Assembly (NCBI RefSeq): GCF_023055435.1
Contig: NW_025964223.1
Span: 51,088,001 to 51,152,000, forward strand
DNA: 64,000 nt
Direction: 5' to 3'
DNA from: Haliotis rufescens
Lineage: Eukaryota
The notes beneath the pieces are model-generated. The model had not been told where the DNA came from, made no database searches, and saw only the letters and a program-made list of their open reading frames with translations. Position 1 is the stretch's first letter, and each line of letters opens with the position of its first letter. The position numbers and the translations under genes were made by a program. This document shows, piece after piece, positions 11,719 through 25,085 of the stretch.

Positions 11719-12747
11719 CTGGAGTCATGTTGAATCTTTATGTAATGATAATGATCATACACCATAGGTATATAAAAATTAAAACACAAATACAATGACG
11801 TGTTTCCTTGCATGGTTGGAGCTTCCTTGTAATTGTATAGCTTATAGTTGTTGTATCAGTTATACTGGTAACATTTGACCTTGATATTGAATTAGTTTGG
11901 GCTGTTTTTTGTGTGTTGATATATGTTGTGAGTACTAACCTTTCGTGTATACCCATAGGTATCATAATAAGTCGCGTTTCATTTCACCAATTCTAATGTT
12001 GACATGTCAGCAACATTTCATTATAGAATATGTCTAGATATTCTAGTTCCAATCTTTGTTACTTATGTATCACTTCACATTTATCAAAGGATCCGCTGAT
12101 ATTAAATTTGGACTGTTTAGGTAACTTCATTGAATATAACTATAAAATTAAATAGAAGATTATCAGTTACAGTATATAGTAAGGCCATTCAAAATGAATG
12201 TTAAGATTTTCATCCCAACCCGTCTCACAACCGACAGCTACAGACGAACAAAACATATATACGTGTACCCTTCTTACTGAACTGGATGAAACAGACTATA
12301 CTGCAGTCCGTTCAAACATTCATAATTCGTATGAATGGCACCCGTCGATAGAATTTTTCACAGATGCCTTCAAATAAATCATATAAAATGGCTCAAACAT
12401 ACAGGACAAATTTGGTTGAAAATCTAATAATTTATTATGGTCTAATCATTTGGATTTGTCTACCAAATAATGAGTTCAAGACAGAACTTGTCTTAGTGGG
12501 AGCATGAATCACAAACGAACAATGGATTGAATCAAACACACCTCATTCTGATTGTTGACATATTTATTGTAAACATTGACTAGATACAATGCTTAAACAT
12601 TCAGGTATTATTACAGATATCAATAATCCATTGATTAACTTAGGTAAACATATAATACAATACCAGTGTGTATAAGTGAGTTAAAACATTGTTAAAACCC
12701 CACAGACCATCCCATGTAATGTCGAGATTTAGGTACTTTTACACAAG

Positions 12748-12990
12748 CTGAGTGAGTTGGGTTTAACGCCGCTTTTAACAGTATTCCAGTTATATTGCGG
12801 CGTGTCAGCTTAATGTGGGAGGAAAGCCCGAAGTGATGAAACCCATGGGTATTGTGCTGACAAACCTAGAAACATAATTTGGGCGAACCGGGATTCGAAC
12901 CCACAATCATAGGTTTCTGGCGTGCACAAGGGACGCAACTCTGCACAGCGAATCGCGGCGCCTTCGACGACTGGGCCACCCGTGCCCCCC
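12748..12990 (-). mobile_element. SINE family D copy
   Basis: TSD TACACAAG(C/T)TGA; internal deletion of about 35 nt. Confidence 0.85.
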
Positions 12991-13366
12991 TACACAAGTT
13001 GAATCCCAGTAAGGTCACACCGCCTTACCTGTGATTTCGAGATAAAGGAAATTGGGGTCACGAGGTTGCACTGTAAACGCAATCGTTTGACCTCGTTTAG
13101 TCGAACGGGTCTACATATCGAATTATGTATTTCCTTGTTTAATGTGTGGCAGGACTGATATTTCTGATAATACGTTTATATGTATATGTATCGGCATCTG
13201 TCAAACCAATATGACTTGGAATTCTTTTCTGTATTGCTTATAGTACATGTGATATGTTATTAAAGACTTTTTATCCAAATACTTTCTTCTATTCAGTCTA
13301 ATTTCGACACCCGCATGTTTGGGAACTCTGATAAGTCGATATTTTTTAATTTTAACTTTCATACGC

Positions 13367-13400
13367 CCATCCATCCATCCATCCATCCATCCATCCATCC
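13367..13400. repeat. (CCAT)n microsatellite
   Basis: About 8 tandem CCAT units. Confidence 0.9.
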
Positions 13401-14245
13401 CTTCGTCTACAGAAAATAATGTTTCAGTCATCCAAATGTCACTTGTTAAAGATGTGTAAAATATATTTTTTAAACGTGCCATTATAAAGATTATCTATTA
13501 GAATCCCCGTGCAAACTGTTTATTCGTGTGGAAATAATGTTTAAAACCGGCCAACTAGAATAAGAATAATAATCGCATCAGTAAAACTTTGTTTGGTTCC
13601 CCCTGGTCATCAGGCACATACGCAAATTTAAACGTTTAACTAGAAAGTACTTGTATGTGAGTTTATGTGTTGTTACAATGATTCTTGTATGCTTTTTGAG
13701 GAATAAATTATTGAACTTGTTTTGAAACAAGTTCTATGCACATCACCGGGCTGTGTTGTAATTTTAATTCGAGTCTGTGTATTATTATGAATCGGAGCAC
13801 CGGAATTGAAAACATCATCCATTCTCTTATAATTATAAGTAGATGAATAGATATTTTTGCATCCTGCCCTTGGGTTGCAATCAACTTGAGTCGACATTTC
13901 TGTCTTCCACAATAATGTAATCATGATAATCACCCTAGCTTCGCTTCTTACTGACCCTATATAAGTAACTTAGGGCTTAGACGATTCACCAGTTCAGTAA
14001 TAACACATTCAGCCATACACACATAACACTCTTTGGTATGTGTCGACACGCATCTTTCACAAGTTTTTGATCTGATCTTCATAGCATCACATCAGATTGA
14101 TATGTATAGGTGTGATACCTACCTACATTTGGTGTAATCATCTCATCTAGATGTGTTGAAAAGAATAAACATACTCAGTTGACATAAAAAGTTTTTTATG
14201 AAGACTAATCAGGTTTATTTTTCTAGTTATGCCCAAATCAGAATA

Positions 14246-15500
14246 CACTCTTCAAAAAAAGAAACGCACAGTTAGTATGTTGTTCATTGAACCTGACTAC
14301 ACAAAAAATCCGGTATATAAATTGGATATATGTTATTGGAAAATGTTGGTGGCCTGATAATCGACGAATGGTGCGTCAAAACGCAGCCATTGACGATTTG
14401 CAATATCTTTAACGGCATTGTTTTCACACTTGTTCAAAAATGTCATGGCGGAAAACAGTAAAGCAAAATGCATGTACAGGTTAAGGCATTTGTGACTTGT
14501 GGTGGTGGCTATAAAAAGGCAAGCATAAGACAATACTTTGTCATTCAACTGTCAACATTTTTCAAGTTCGAAAATGCCGTGACTCAGCGCTTCCGATCGG
14601 AACATCGCCAAAGGAAGCATCCAAAGGGGGGAATCGCAGTCTTCTGTTGCTTGCCACTTCAGCGTCCACCACAGCACCATGTGCCGCCTTTGTTACCGAT
14701 ACACACAGTTCAATTCTACTACAGACCGTCCGAGAACGGGCCGACCAAGAGTTATCATCCCTGCACAGGATCACTACATTCGACTGATCCACCTACATGT
14801 GTACGTCATCGCAATGCCACAGCTACGGAGACTGCAGGATGCATCCCTGGTTTGAGGAGGATATCGGACCAGACTGTAAGGAACCATCTTAGCGAGGCTG
14901 GAATCGTACCCAGAAGACTAGTTATAGTCCCTGTTTTGCAACAGATCCATCGACAGCGACGCTTGCGTTGGTGCCATACCTTACAGCCTTGGAATTTGAG
15001 AAACTGGAGACGATTGTGGCTTAGCGATGAATCACGATTTCTTCTTCACCGGCGAGATGGAAGACAACGTGTTTATCGTCGTCGAAATGAGCGTTTTGTC
15101 CAACATTGTGTTCGTGAATTTGACAAATTCGGTGGCAGTAGTGTCGTGGTGTGGTGTGTACACCACGAGATCTGACTTGGTTGTTGTTCAGGGAAAGTTG
15201 ACAGCAAATCACCACTTGAATCAAATTCTTCAACCTCACCTTCTTCCAATCATTGACCGCTAGAGGAAGCTGTTTCACAGGACAACGCTCCACCGCACAC
15301 AGCTGGTGTCACGGTAGACTACCTTCATAATACCAACATCAACGACTTGCCCTGGCCGTCGAGATCTCCAGATCTCAACACGTCTGGGATGAACTCGATC
15401 GACGTGTACGTCAACGTCAGAACACGCCGCAGACACTTCCACAACTGGCCAACGCGTTACAAGCAGAATGGCGCGGAATTCCGCAGGACAGAATTTTCGT
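14246..15500 (+). mobile_element. Tc1/mariner DNA transposon, decayed transposase
   Basis: TA then left TIR-like CACTCTTCAAAAAAAGAAACGC. Broken ORF from ATG 14574: DRPRTGRPR, ISDQTVRNHL, WLSDESRF, GGSSVVVW, QDNAPPH, WPSRSPDLN. Stops and frameshifts present; right TIR not found. Confidence 0.9.
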
Positions 15501-15642
15501 AGGTTTTGGGGATGCATTTTTACCTTATAACAGTACGCACACAGGGAATTGGGCAATGTTTTCCTTGTCGGGAAATGGATCCATGATATTGCTTGGTGAA
15601 ATGCCCACGTGATGGCGATCGATACCGCTTAACTTACGAATG

Positions 15643-15896
15643 GACCCGCGAAGATCCGGGGTAGAATAGGTCTTCAGCAACCAAGCTTGCCGTGAAAGGC
15701 GACTAACGGTATCGGGTGGTCAGACTCGCTGACTTGGTTGATGCATGTCATCGTATCCCAATTGCGTAGATCGATGCCCATTATGTTAATCACTGGATTG
15801 TTTTGTCCAGACTCGATTATTTACAGACCGCCGTCATATAGCTGGAATACTGCTGAGTGCGGCGTTAAACGAGAAATAAACAAACAAACAATAACC
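15643..15896 (+). mobile_element. SINE-like family A, full length (single 22-nt module variant)
   Basis: GACCCGCGAAG start; TSD TACGAATG. Confidence 0.88.
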
Positions 15897-15974
15897 TACG
15901 AATGTCGCAATATAGAATCCAAGGTGGGGTTGGGGTTGGTTGGGATGTTTTTGAAACAATTATCAATCCCTTGT

Positions 15975-16142
15975 GGGGCGGTCGGGTAGCCAAGTGGTTT
16001 AAGCGTTCGCTCGTCACGCCGAAGACCCGGGTTCGATGCCCGACATGAGTACAATGTATGAAGCCCATTTCTGGTGTCCCCCGCCTTGATTTTGCTGGAA
16101 TATTGCTAAAAGCGGCGTAAAACCATACTCACTCACTCACTC
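15975..16142 (+). mobile_element. SINE family B (tRNA-Asp-like head, about 165 bp)
   Basis: TAGCCAAGTGG A box; CGCTCGTCACGCCGAAGACCCGGGTTCGA resembles the tRNA-Asp(GTC) anticodon and T arms; (ACTC)n tail. Confidence 0.88.
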
Positions 16143-19100
16143 AATTCCCTGTTATATTGAGAAAAATACATATGTCTCGAGTTGTGGGGAAAATATAATG
16201 TTCCCTTTTCTTGCTGACGGTGCGTGTTTAAATATTGAAAATTTAATTCACATAGTCTTGGATTAAACTGTAATCTGAACAAGGCTGGCATCTTAAAACT
16301 AGATGTTTCAGACAAAGGGGTCTCGTCAGTCTTAGCTGGTGGCTCTTCTTGGGGAAGGAAAACACTCATTCCAGACCACCGAAATCTGTTGCATGGACAA
16401 GAGCTGGCCCTCCCCTTCAAGCTGCCCAAGCCTGTGTCCAGGAGACACATCGCATCACATCGTTCTTTTAATGAAAGTGCTTTACACTACCTATACTTGC
16501 CCAAATTATGCTGAGATTAAATCTGAAAGCTATTGTCATGTTAATGGATATGACCTCGAACCGTCCTGTTTGGTACCGTCAGCCTAGACAATGAAATGCT
16601 GCTGAATATCGTTGACTCTGTACATCATTTCTTCTCTATGAGCAAAACATTTGTCTAAACATGTACTCTTTTATAAATCTCACTAACTGTTTATCTACGA
16701 AAGCTCAGGACAATGCTTGTACATACATAACAAGATTCGTAATCAATGGATTCACTGATCTGCATTGATGGCTGAAAGGTTGGTTTAACTTTTCATTTCG
16801 GAACCGCGTCAATTAGCGAGTTATCCCATGATGTGCGGTAATGTCAGTGCTTGCTATTTATCATCAATTACTGTTGTGATAAATGTAATTGAGAGGACCC
16901 ACCGTCGAGAGTGGGCGCCGGTGTATACGCTGTGACATATTTCTCTGATGGGGTATTAAATGATACTTTATCTGCTCTCACTAATGCTGTTATTGATTAG
17001 CAGGTGTTCACATTAGGCCACCAATTGTGATTCCGGCGAAGATTAGATCCTTCCCCCAAATTAAGCCAGAGTCGACGAAAGTGGATTGGTGGGCCAGGCT
17101 CTGTGACTTGCTTGATGGCATGCCAATGTGTCTCGATGAAGTGGATCGTTCCCTATTTCTGTAATCTCGTGTGACTAGCCGAGACCCGGTTATGTACAGG
17201 CCGCGCTGTGGCGTAAAACAGCATTCATTCACACGTCCGTAAACTCGAAGTTTGTTGAATCGTATACACTGTAATGAGTGATGTCGGTGTCGGCAGGCAA
17301 CAAACATTACTTTTTTAATGCAAATTGTGTGAGTAATGTGAACAGTGGCGGGTGCTACGAGCAGGGCAGGATAGTCATAATGCTTAGTACCTTTTCGCGA
17401 ACAACTGCTGTCATCACTGATTTTCAATGATCCATTCAAATCTTCACAACTATTTTGACTTTTACGCCCGATGTATATTTTTTATTCCTGCGTTGACGAT
17501 CTCCTGATGGTAAAAGGAAACGGGACTCCGGACGAATTATCTAGAACGTAACGACGTTTTTAAGAACGAATTAACTGGCTTAACATATTAGACACTGTTT
17601 ATACGGTGATCATTGTCCAATAATACTATATATGGTTCATCCTGAGGTGATTACATGACTTAGTACGTGGAAGACGTGAGTGAGCTCTTCTGAAGAATCC
17701 TATGAATTCTCAAGAAAAGAATCGATCATCATAAGGATTATGAGCAGACCTCTTTTACAGAACACTGGTTTAACCAACTTAGTGTCCAGGGAAAAGCTTA
17801 AGTACACAACGGAAGTATATCTGGTTGTGATGTTCATATGCGTAAACTATTTTTTCATTTAACCTCATCTTATCATATAGAGATTAATTAATCACCTTGC
17901 AAGCGATGATATATTTTGCAAGACTGCTTGGTTGTTTATAAGGCATTGGTAGGAATTAATAGAAAAAATCATACAGAGATCACAAAGCCGAGATTTCTTC
18001 TAACACGGAATTTACTTTTCCAGGCTTCTGAAAATTCCATTGAATGATACAATGTAATTGAATGTATCCATCATTCACTGACATAACAAGACATGTAATT
18101 AAACATGCTGAAGTACTCTTTTACAATAAACTTGCGAAACAGCAATAGGATGATACCTTACACTGTAATACAATGACTGCTCCCTTGCTACGTGCGACTT
18201 TGAAAATGTTGTTTACACAAAAATATGTAATAAAGCATTACCACTGACCATGTGGGCAGTATGTAGTTTCTAACACAATAACAGCGGTTTTATGACATAA
18301 AACTTGCTATATATGAAGATTTTCCTGCGATAGCGTGCACCTCTACAACGAAAATAGGATACACTATCGCACGTGGCTAAATAATTCAACTTTCCAATAA
18401 ATGTAAGTAATTTACAGACAACAGCTTACAAAATGCCCATAAATCTTAATATCATCTCATATTCATGTTTTCTGTACCTGAAGAGTGGATCTTGGCCATG
18501 TAACACTTCTCAACAGTTGAATTTCCACACTTCTCCAACTCTTTGACCATCGCGGGTCACTCGCTCGCAGTAAAACAAATACTCAAGGGAGCATCTGTTG
18601 TATCACAATGGTGCAAAACAGTCAGTGTAAAGCCATTTAATTGGCATAATTATGTTTTCAAGTCTCAGTCTACATCAATGATATATGCATTATGAGATTT
18701 ACAGTATTTGTGTAACTATACAAGGAGTAATCACATTTCAGTCTGGTATCATAACATAATGCTACACGATAAATGAAATACAGGTCTCTCCATAGATGGA
18801 TCTATTAGCTCGATCATATAGCCGATAATAAATCAGGTGCAACCTAGCTCTTAGTTAACATGGTATAATATTCCAAACAGGCATGTTCTGGTAAATCAGG
18901 ATCTGTGGGTGAATTTTGTTTTAACATTGCTGGGCAGAGAGGCAGGTTTGATCTCATGGACCAGATCTCATGACCAGAGGATCCTGGAATGCCTAAGGGA
19001 CCAAACACAGAGCAGCAAATTATGACGCCTTACACCAAAATTGAGGGATACCTGGTCAACTTGACGTGTTTGTACTCATTATTGCTGGAGGAATGTATTT

Positions 19101-19339
19101 CTCAGTTGCTATGATGGACATACATAGCATAACTGACGAAAAAGGAAAACGTTACAAAACTAAAAGCTGGACATGTTGGGTCCAACCTCCGAATAGTGTT
19201 ACAAAATGGTTGAGAATCAATCGCCCAAACACAACCAAAACAGTTTGCTGAGTAATGCACGTGCTACAAAATCCAGATCAGTGGATCTTGAGTTTGAAGT
19301 GGAACTTTTACCGCACTTGTAGCATGTCAACCGACAAAG

Positions 19340-20240
19340 ATATGGGCCTGCAAGGAACGATGTACTGTTGATTCACACCCAAATAACATGCTAAGATAAA
19401 GGCCACAACAGAGAGAACAAGCCGCTGGTGTGATACATCAAGGACAAGAGCGTGAACACGTTGCAAGGGGTTTGGCTTGTTGCAGGCAGACTGGACCGAC
19501 GAGAGACTGAAGTAGATGTGGAAGACCTCCTGAACACCCAGAAACACGTTAGAGACGTATCCCCCGTCATCAGCTGCAGCAGTCATCCTGTCAGTCACTT
19601 GACAGTATCCAGAAAACTGTGTCAGCACAATATCATAGTTTACAGATCACTACGAAGTGTAACGCTGACACCCGAACACCGACATTCATTGGCTAAAACA
19701 CTGCAACGCTGGTAGAACAGAACCCAGCAAAGAGTCATGTTCACAGGAGATAGGAGATTCCACCGTTTCAGATAAGATGAGAGAGTTTGTGACCACTGCG
19801 GCCGATGAGAACAGACTTATGTTGCTTTCAAGATGTCGAAACATTAGCGTTACATCGACCAATCTCTAAACCCTGTTTTACTACCGTGCTTCCAACAGAA
19901 CCCCAAGGCCCCATACAACGTATATCTATATACTTGTAATACCTATAGAACACGTGTTGGATCACCTTTACCGTCAGTAAGGATAAGTTAGAATAGGCCC
20001 GTCGAGAAGAATGGTGTTGAATCCCACTTCTTGTGATGTGACGTCGAACATCTTCTGTGCATCGTCGAGTTAGGTCGCGAATTGATGCCCGTGGTGAGCA
20101 TACACCATATTGACTGACAAGTGTTACATTCTAAGGATTAAAAAGAGTTTCATGTGCTGATTTCTGTCTAATGGTTGATCGATTACTGAACGACTGTCCC
20201 CATCCTCCAAACTGCGAACACAGTATCTTAATATGTGTTC
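19340..20240 (+). mobile_element. Highly decayed Tc1-like transposase relic
   Basis: Fragments QREQAAG, SRCGRPP, TVSRKL, LTPEHR, RVMFTGDRRF and PIEHVLDHL occur in Tc1 order across frames. Confidence 0.55.
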
Positions 20241-20269
20241 TCATTCACGGCATAACTTGTAATGACCTG

Positions 20270-20376
20270 GGCCCACTTGCACAAAGCGATCTTAGCGCTA
20301 AGATGATCGTAACTCCCATACTTTAACATAGGCTTACAATAGTCTTAGCGCTAAGATCTCTTTGTGCAAGTGGGCC
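20270..20376. mobile_element. Palindromic MITE, PIF/Harbinger-like
   Basis: GGCCCACTTGCACAAAG ... CTTTGTGCAAGTGGGCC flanked by CTG on both sides. Confidence 0.75.
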
Positions 20377-20777
20377 CTGGTCCTGTTCTGCGTTTAGAAA
20401 CGAACAATGCTGGTGGTTAAAGTTTTTTTTGCTTGTCAGTTTACATTATTACAATATATTATTTTTATTTATATATATGATTATGTTGTATGTCCAAGTA
20501 AGGATAAAGTATGCCTAATGGGCATTTCACATCACAGTCAACAACTGTTTCAGTTATATCACAGCAGGCCAGGTGGAGTCAATAACCTTTTCTAAGAACA
20601 CAAAACAAACTCTTGAAATGGAAGATTTTAATTGATTAGCATAATTGTGAGATTTTTACCGACCATATGATTTTGGGAAAATAAAACCGAAAAGCAAATA
20701 AAATGCTTTAGTTATTTTTTCTATGTGTTTGATAGAACATATGATCAATAAGGCATATTTCATCAATCGCGTTTCAG

Positions 20778-21919
20778 GAATATTAAGCGGCATTCTGACG
20801 GTCTTGACTGGTTGCCGGTTGATGGAGCTGATCAGAAGTGTCCTGACGGCCGTGGGGTATCTCGGAGCCGCGTTTTGTGATATTTCCGATGCCCATCTCA
20901 TCTCCATCCTATACGCATGCTTGCCGTAAAGGGTGACTATGCTTGTCGTAAAAGGCGACTAACGGGATCGGGTGGTCAGGCTCGCTGACTTGGTTGATGC
21001 ATGTCATCGATCCCAATTGCGTGGATCGATGCTCATGATATTAATCACTGGATTGTCTCGTCCAGACTCGATTATTTACAGACCGCCGTCATATAGCTGG
21101 AATATTGCTGAGTGCGGCGTTAAACAACAAACCAACCAAAAAAATCCTTCCTCTACGGGGCACTGCCAGGTTAGCTCTGTCCAATATTATTTTGAGTGAA
21201 GCTACAGCCTGATATTTTGACATTTGCGTTCACATATGAGCTGAAAACATGAAACTAATATTACTTCTGAGCACCCCCCGAAAGGCAGGGGGTCGAATGG
21301 AAAATAAACATGCAACCCATATAGAAATGTATGTAGATTTGAATTTAATACATATGTCACTTTTGTTTATTTGCCCAGGTTATGTTTCACAATTTGTCAC
21401 CTCCATACTCTTGCTTGTTTCACCAAAGTTGTGAACGTCTGAGACATACATAATTTGTTCTTGAACATTATCATTGATTGGGTGATCAGGTTTAAATTAA
21501 CATATTCTGTAAAATTCAAATTCTTAAGATCATCCATAGCCCTGTTGTCATATTTCAGGTATTGCTCACAACCTGATCGTAGTGGCTTACCTCACGGTAA
21601 TACTGCAGCGATTTAGAAAGCGCCGTCTGGAAGCTCTACTCATCCCTCATGCTGGTGCGACTCTGGGGGCTACGGCTTCTTCCACACTTGTTCCATTCGT
21701 TTTTTATCTCCTTGGCATGAACAACTGGAAGCTTTATCTGCTCTTGCAAGCGGGTGTTGCCAGTTTTATGATTCCGGCTAGCCTCTTTCTGAAACCACCG
21801 GATGAAACGCAAAGCCAATCAAAGCCTACAATCTTATATGATGGGTATGGATGAGCTGAAGGTCTTCCGATCAACTCTGCTCTACGCCTTTGCGGCGGTC
21901 TGTTGCTTGTGGGGCGGAG
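20778..21919 (+). pseudogene. SLC16-like copy B, pseudogene (two residual exons)
   Basis: Exon 20778-21169 (GILSGILTVLTGCR...) is interrupted by a SINE at 20916-21144. Exon 21559-21919 is 361 nt versus 369 nt in copy D; an 8-nt deletion after LFLKP causes a frameshift and a stop at 21852-21854. No homologues of the other exons were seen. Confidence 0.85.
20916..21144 (+). mobile_element. SINE-like family A (5'-truncated) inserted in a copy B exon
   Basis: TSD TCCATCCTATACG (20903-20915) / TCCTTCCTCTACG (21145-21157). Confidence 0.9.
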
Positions 21920-22246
21920 GTAGGAAATAACACTCACAAAAAGGAATTCTGATAAGGAGAGCGAACCGTACTGAAATAATATAGAACAAGTGCATGGAAG
22001 ATTTACTTAGTGTTTAATCTTAAATAGCAGTTTGTGTAGTCTTGTGTTTTCAACAATGAATGTGAAATGTCTACTTTGAAATGAGCATTTTATTTTACAA
22101 CACACACGAAAGCTAAACGTCAAATTCTTCTTCCCAAATGACGCGAAATTGCTCAAATGTCCTTGATTAGCAATATCTTTACAATACAATAAGGGGCTTC
22201 TCCTTGCATTCGTCACCTTCTACCCTGCATACTTTTGTTTCCCCAA

Positions 22247-22525
22247 TGAGTGAGTTAGTTGGTTTTAACGTCGCTTTTAACATTATTCCAGTTATATCGC
22301 GGCGTGTCAGCTTAATGTGGGTGGAAAGCCCGAAGTGATGCAGGTCTCAGACGTTTACCACTTCGGTGAAACCAACGAGCACGGGTATGGTGCTGACAAA
22401 CCTAGAAACATAATCGGGGCGAACCGGGAATCGAACCCACAATCATAGGTTTCTGGCGTGCCCAAGGGACGCAACTCTGCACAGCGAATCGCGGCGCCTT
22501 AGACGACTGGGCCACCCGTGCCCCC
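22247..22525 (-). mobile_element. SINE family D, full length
   Basis: Near-identical to 3518-3800. Confidence 0.88.
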
Positions 22526-22949
22526 GTTAAGTTATGGTATTCTGTGCGTTGTAACCAGGACAGATTAACTGTAGTCAAATGAGAGAATCTTGTACTCTTT
22601 AACTTCTTTTAAATTGTATATATTTATATTTTAACTTGATTTACTTAGAGAGTATTGCCATGACTGATGTCCTGGTGGTCCATAAAACCGCCAACTTGAC
22701 CCATAACACAATCAATTTATTTCCCGCAATAATCCGTGGATTGTTTTAAATTAACCTACATCTGTAGGTATTATGTTTCAGTGAACAGAGAGAACATTTC
22801 AAAATTCCTTCTACAGGTAGTATTTGAAATGTGACTGGAAAGGTCTCAGCTCGCTTTTATGAAGAAAACAACATGACTCCCGCCATCAATAAATGGTCAT
22901 TACTGTTGTTTTACGTGTATACCTTTATTCGTAAAGAAACACATGACAC

Positions 22950-23110
22950 ATCCCCCCTATCGTGACCGAGGGGGGATATTGCTTTTACACTAGATGAGAC
23001 AGCGATATACAATATCACTTTCTCGTCTCGAGTTATCGCTATATCGCTTTATCGCGGCCGTAATTGCAGTCAGCGAAACTATGTCCCCTCTCGGTCACCA
23101 TATAGAGTGG
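22950..23110. repeat. Inverted-repeat element (MITE-like)
   Basis: GTGACCGAGGGGGGATA ... TGTCCCCTCTCGGTCAC imperfect terminal inverted repeats. Confidence 0.5.
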
Positions 23111-24271
23111 ATGTATTCCAATTCTGTTTCCTCTTTTTCAGTTTGTGCATTCTGTCAATGACAACATCACGCACTGACTTAACCCACTCTTAAAGGTTCT
23201 TTTGGCCCATTTTTTGTCATCACTTATTATCATTGAATAAGATCTCGTGATGTATGAGTTGGTGTAAGTATTTATGCCAGGTCATGGATTAACACACACT
23301 ATATCTATGTTACTGTACAAGAACTTTGAGTTCGACCATAGCTCATACCATACCACCGTTAATAAACGTAAAGTATGCATCATCTGTGCCGGTGTAACGA
23401 TCCACTGGAGTGAGTCAGTGAGTATTTGTTTGTTGCTTAACACCGAATAACAGTAATCTTCCAGCTGAGTGAGTGAGTGAGTGAGTGCGTGAGTGCGTGG
23501 ATACATATGTATGCGTCTCTGGGTCCATTTTCCCTAAGGTATATTGTAATTGCTATGGAGATTTCCATCCCTCACTTATCAGGATTAGGTTTTCGTGGCT
23601 TCGAATCCCATATTCACACTTCTGTAATAGATGTAAGAGTGTGTGGTTCCTATCGCTGCTGTGTTCCTACACAGAGAGATGACCGGGCGGAAGTTGCTGA
23701 CAATTATCAGTAGTACTAATTTCTGTCGACCACAACGGCAAACGACACGCCATTAAACTCAAGGATTTAAGATACCGTCAGTGACAAATATAGTTAAACG
23801 TGTCCACAGTTTCGCTGTTAAATAAACACGAACCCATATTGATTATCCAGCATCGTTTGTTCTAGGCATTACTGGAATCGGTATTTCTAGTGAAATGACA
23901 ATAATTGTACGCGAAAACACAATAGTTAAATTGATGATATGGGCTAGTATACCAATAAAGAGTGAGGCAATCTTTGCAAACGAATTATCAGTTCACACGT
24001 TCAACTGATATGACGAAACCAATCTGGCGCCCCCAGAACCTGTACCGTTATCATAACAGAAAAGGTATTGTTGAGAGTTTGGATACGTTCTGACCCCATT
24101 ACTATATAACGGTAAGCTTTTATTCTTGGAATCTGGTGGCTTCTGCAACCGCCTTGTAATGTATTAATTTACAGAACTGATCCAGCCGAAATATGGTTAA
24201 AAGGACACTTGAACAGTGATAAAATTGTATAAAAGATTCGAAAAACTAATGGATTATGAAACAAACTTTTT

Positions 24272-24514
24272 GAGGTGAGGTTTATCGTCGCGTCCAAGAT
24301 TATTGCACTTATATAGCGACGTGCATGCACGTGTGTGTGTGGTTGTTTGTACTAGTCCGGACTAATGCCGATTTATAGTGCTAGCTCACTGAGATACCAT
24401 GCCGCAGTTTAACATGAATACCTCACTCTGACACAGTATACTGACTCAGAGCCGACCAGTCCTTGCTTTAGCCCCGGACTTTCCGCTCTCCTTGCGGACG
24501 CTATACCTCTAGCC
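24272..24514 (-). mobile_element. SINE family C copy (internal deletion)
   Basis: TSD CAAACTTTTTGA. Confidence 0.8.
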
Positions 24515-24596
24515 CAAACTTTTTGAAGCGTGAATAGCTCCAGGGAGCATTCCGCACTAAAAATGTTATTTGCTTCACGCTAAACTTTGATAGCAG

Positions 24597-24853
24597 CTTG
24601 TTTTGTTTGGTTGTTGTTTAGGCCGCACTCAACAATATTCCAGCTATATGACGGCGGTCTGTAAATAATCTAGTCTGGATCGGACAATCCAGTGATTGAC
24701 ATCATGAGCATCGTCCCACGCAATTGGGATACGATGACATGCATAAACCAATGCAGCCAGACTGACCACCCGATCCCGTTACGACAAGCATAGTCCCCTT
24801 TTACGGCAAGCATGGGTTGCTGAATACCTCTTCTTCCCCGGATCTTCACGGGT
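24597..24853 (-). mobile_element. SINE-like family A copy
   Basis: Ends on + with CTTCACGGGT, the reverse complement of the family 5' end. Confidence 0.85.
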
Positions 24854-25085
24854 AGTATTGATGGAAGACATTGGATTGTGACTCAGCTTTTTACAGCATT
24901 CATATGTAGAACTTTAACCAGCAGATCGACATACTGATCTTATATCACACTATGAACATAATGTCTTCCGCGTTGTCCAACGTGATAAGAACACTGATAA
25001 GATTGTTACACTTATTTTAATATTTCCCTTTAGATAATACTAACATGACGTACAAGCAGCGATACTGATGAAAGGTCCTACTGCC

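Noticed and set aside
14468-15175. 235-aa ORF as an intact transposase
   Set aside because: Only its C-terminal part is in the transposase frame; the real start at 14574 is followed by a stop and frameshifts.
15975-16050. tRNA-Asp gene (also tRNA-like heads of families C and D)
   Set aside because: No proper acceptor stem; each continues into a SINE body, tail and TSD.
17008-17439. 143-aa minus-strand ORF
   Set aside because: Overlaps sequence paralogous to intron 1 of copy D, has no motif and is not conserved as an ORF.
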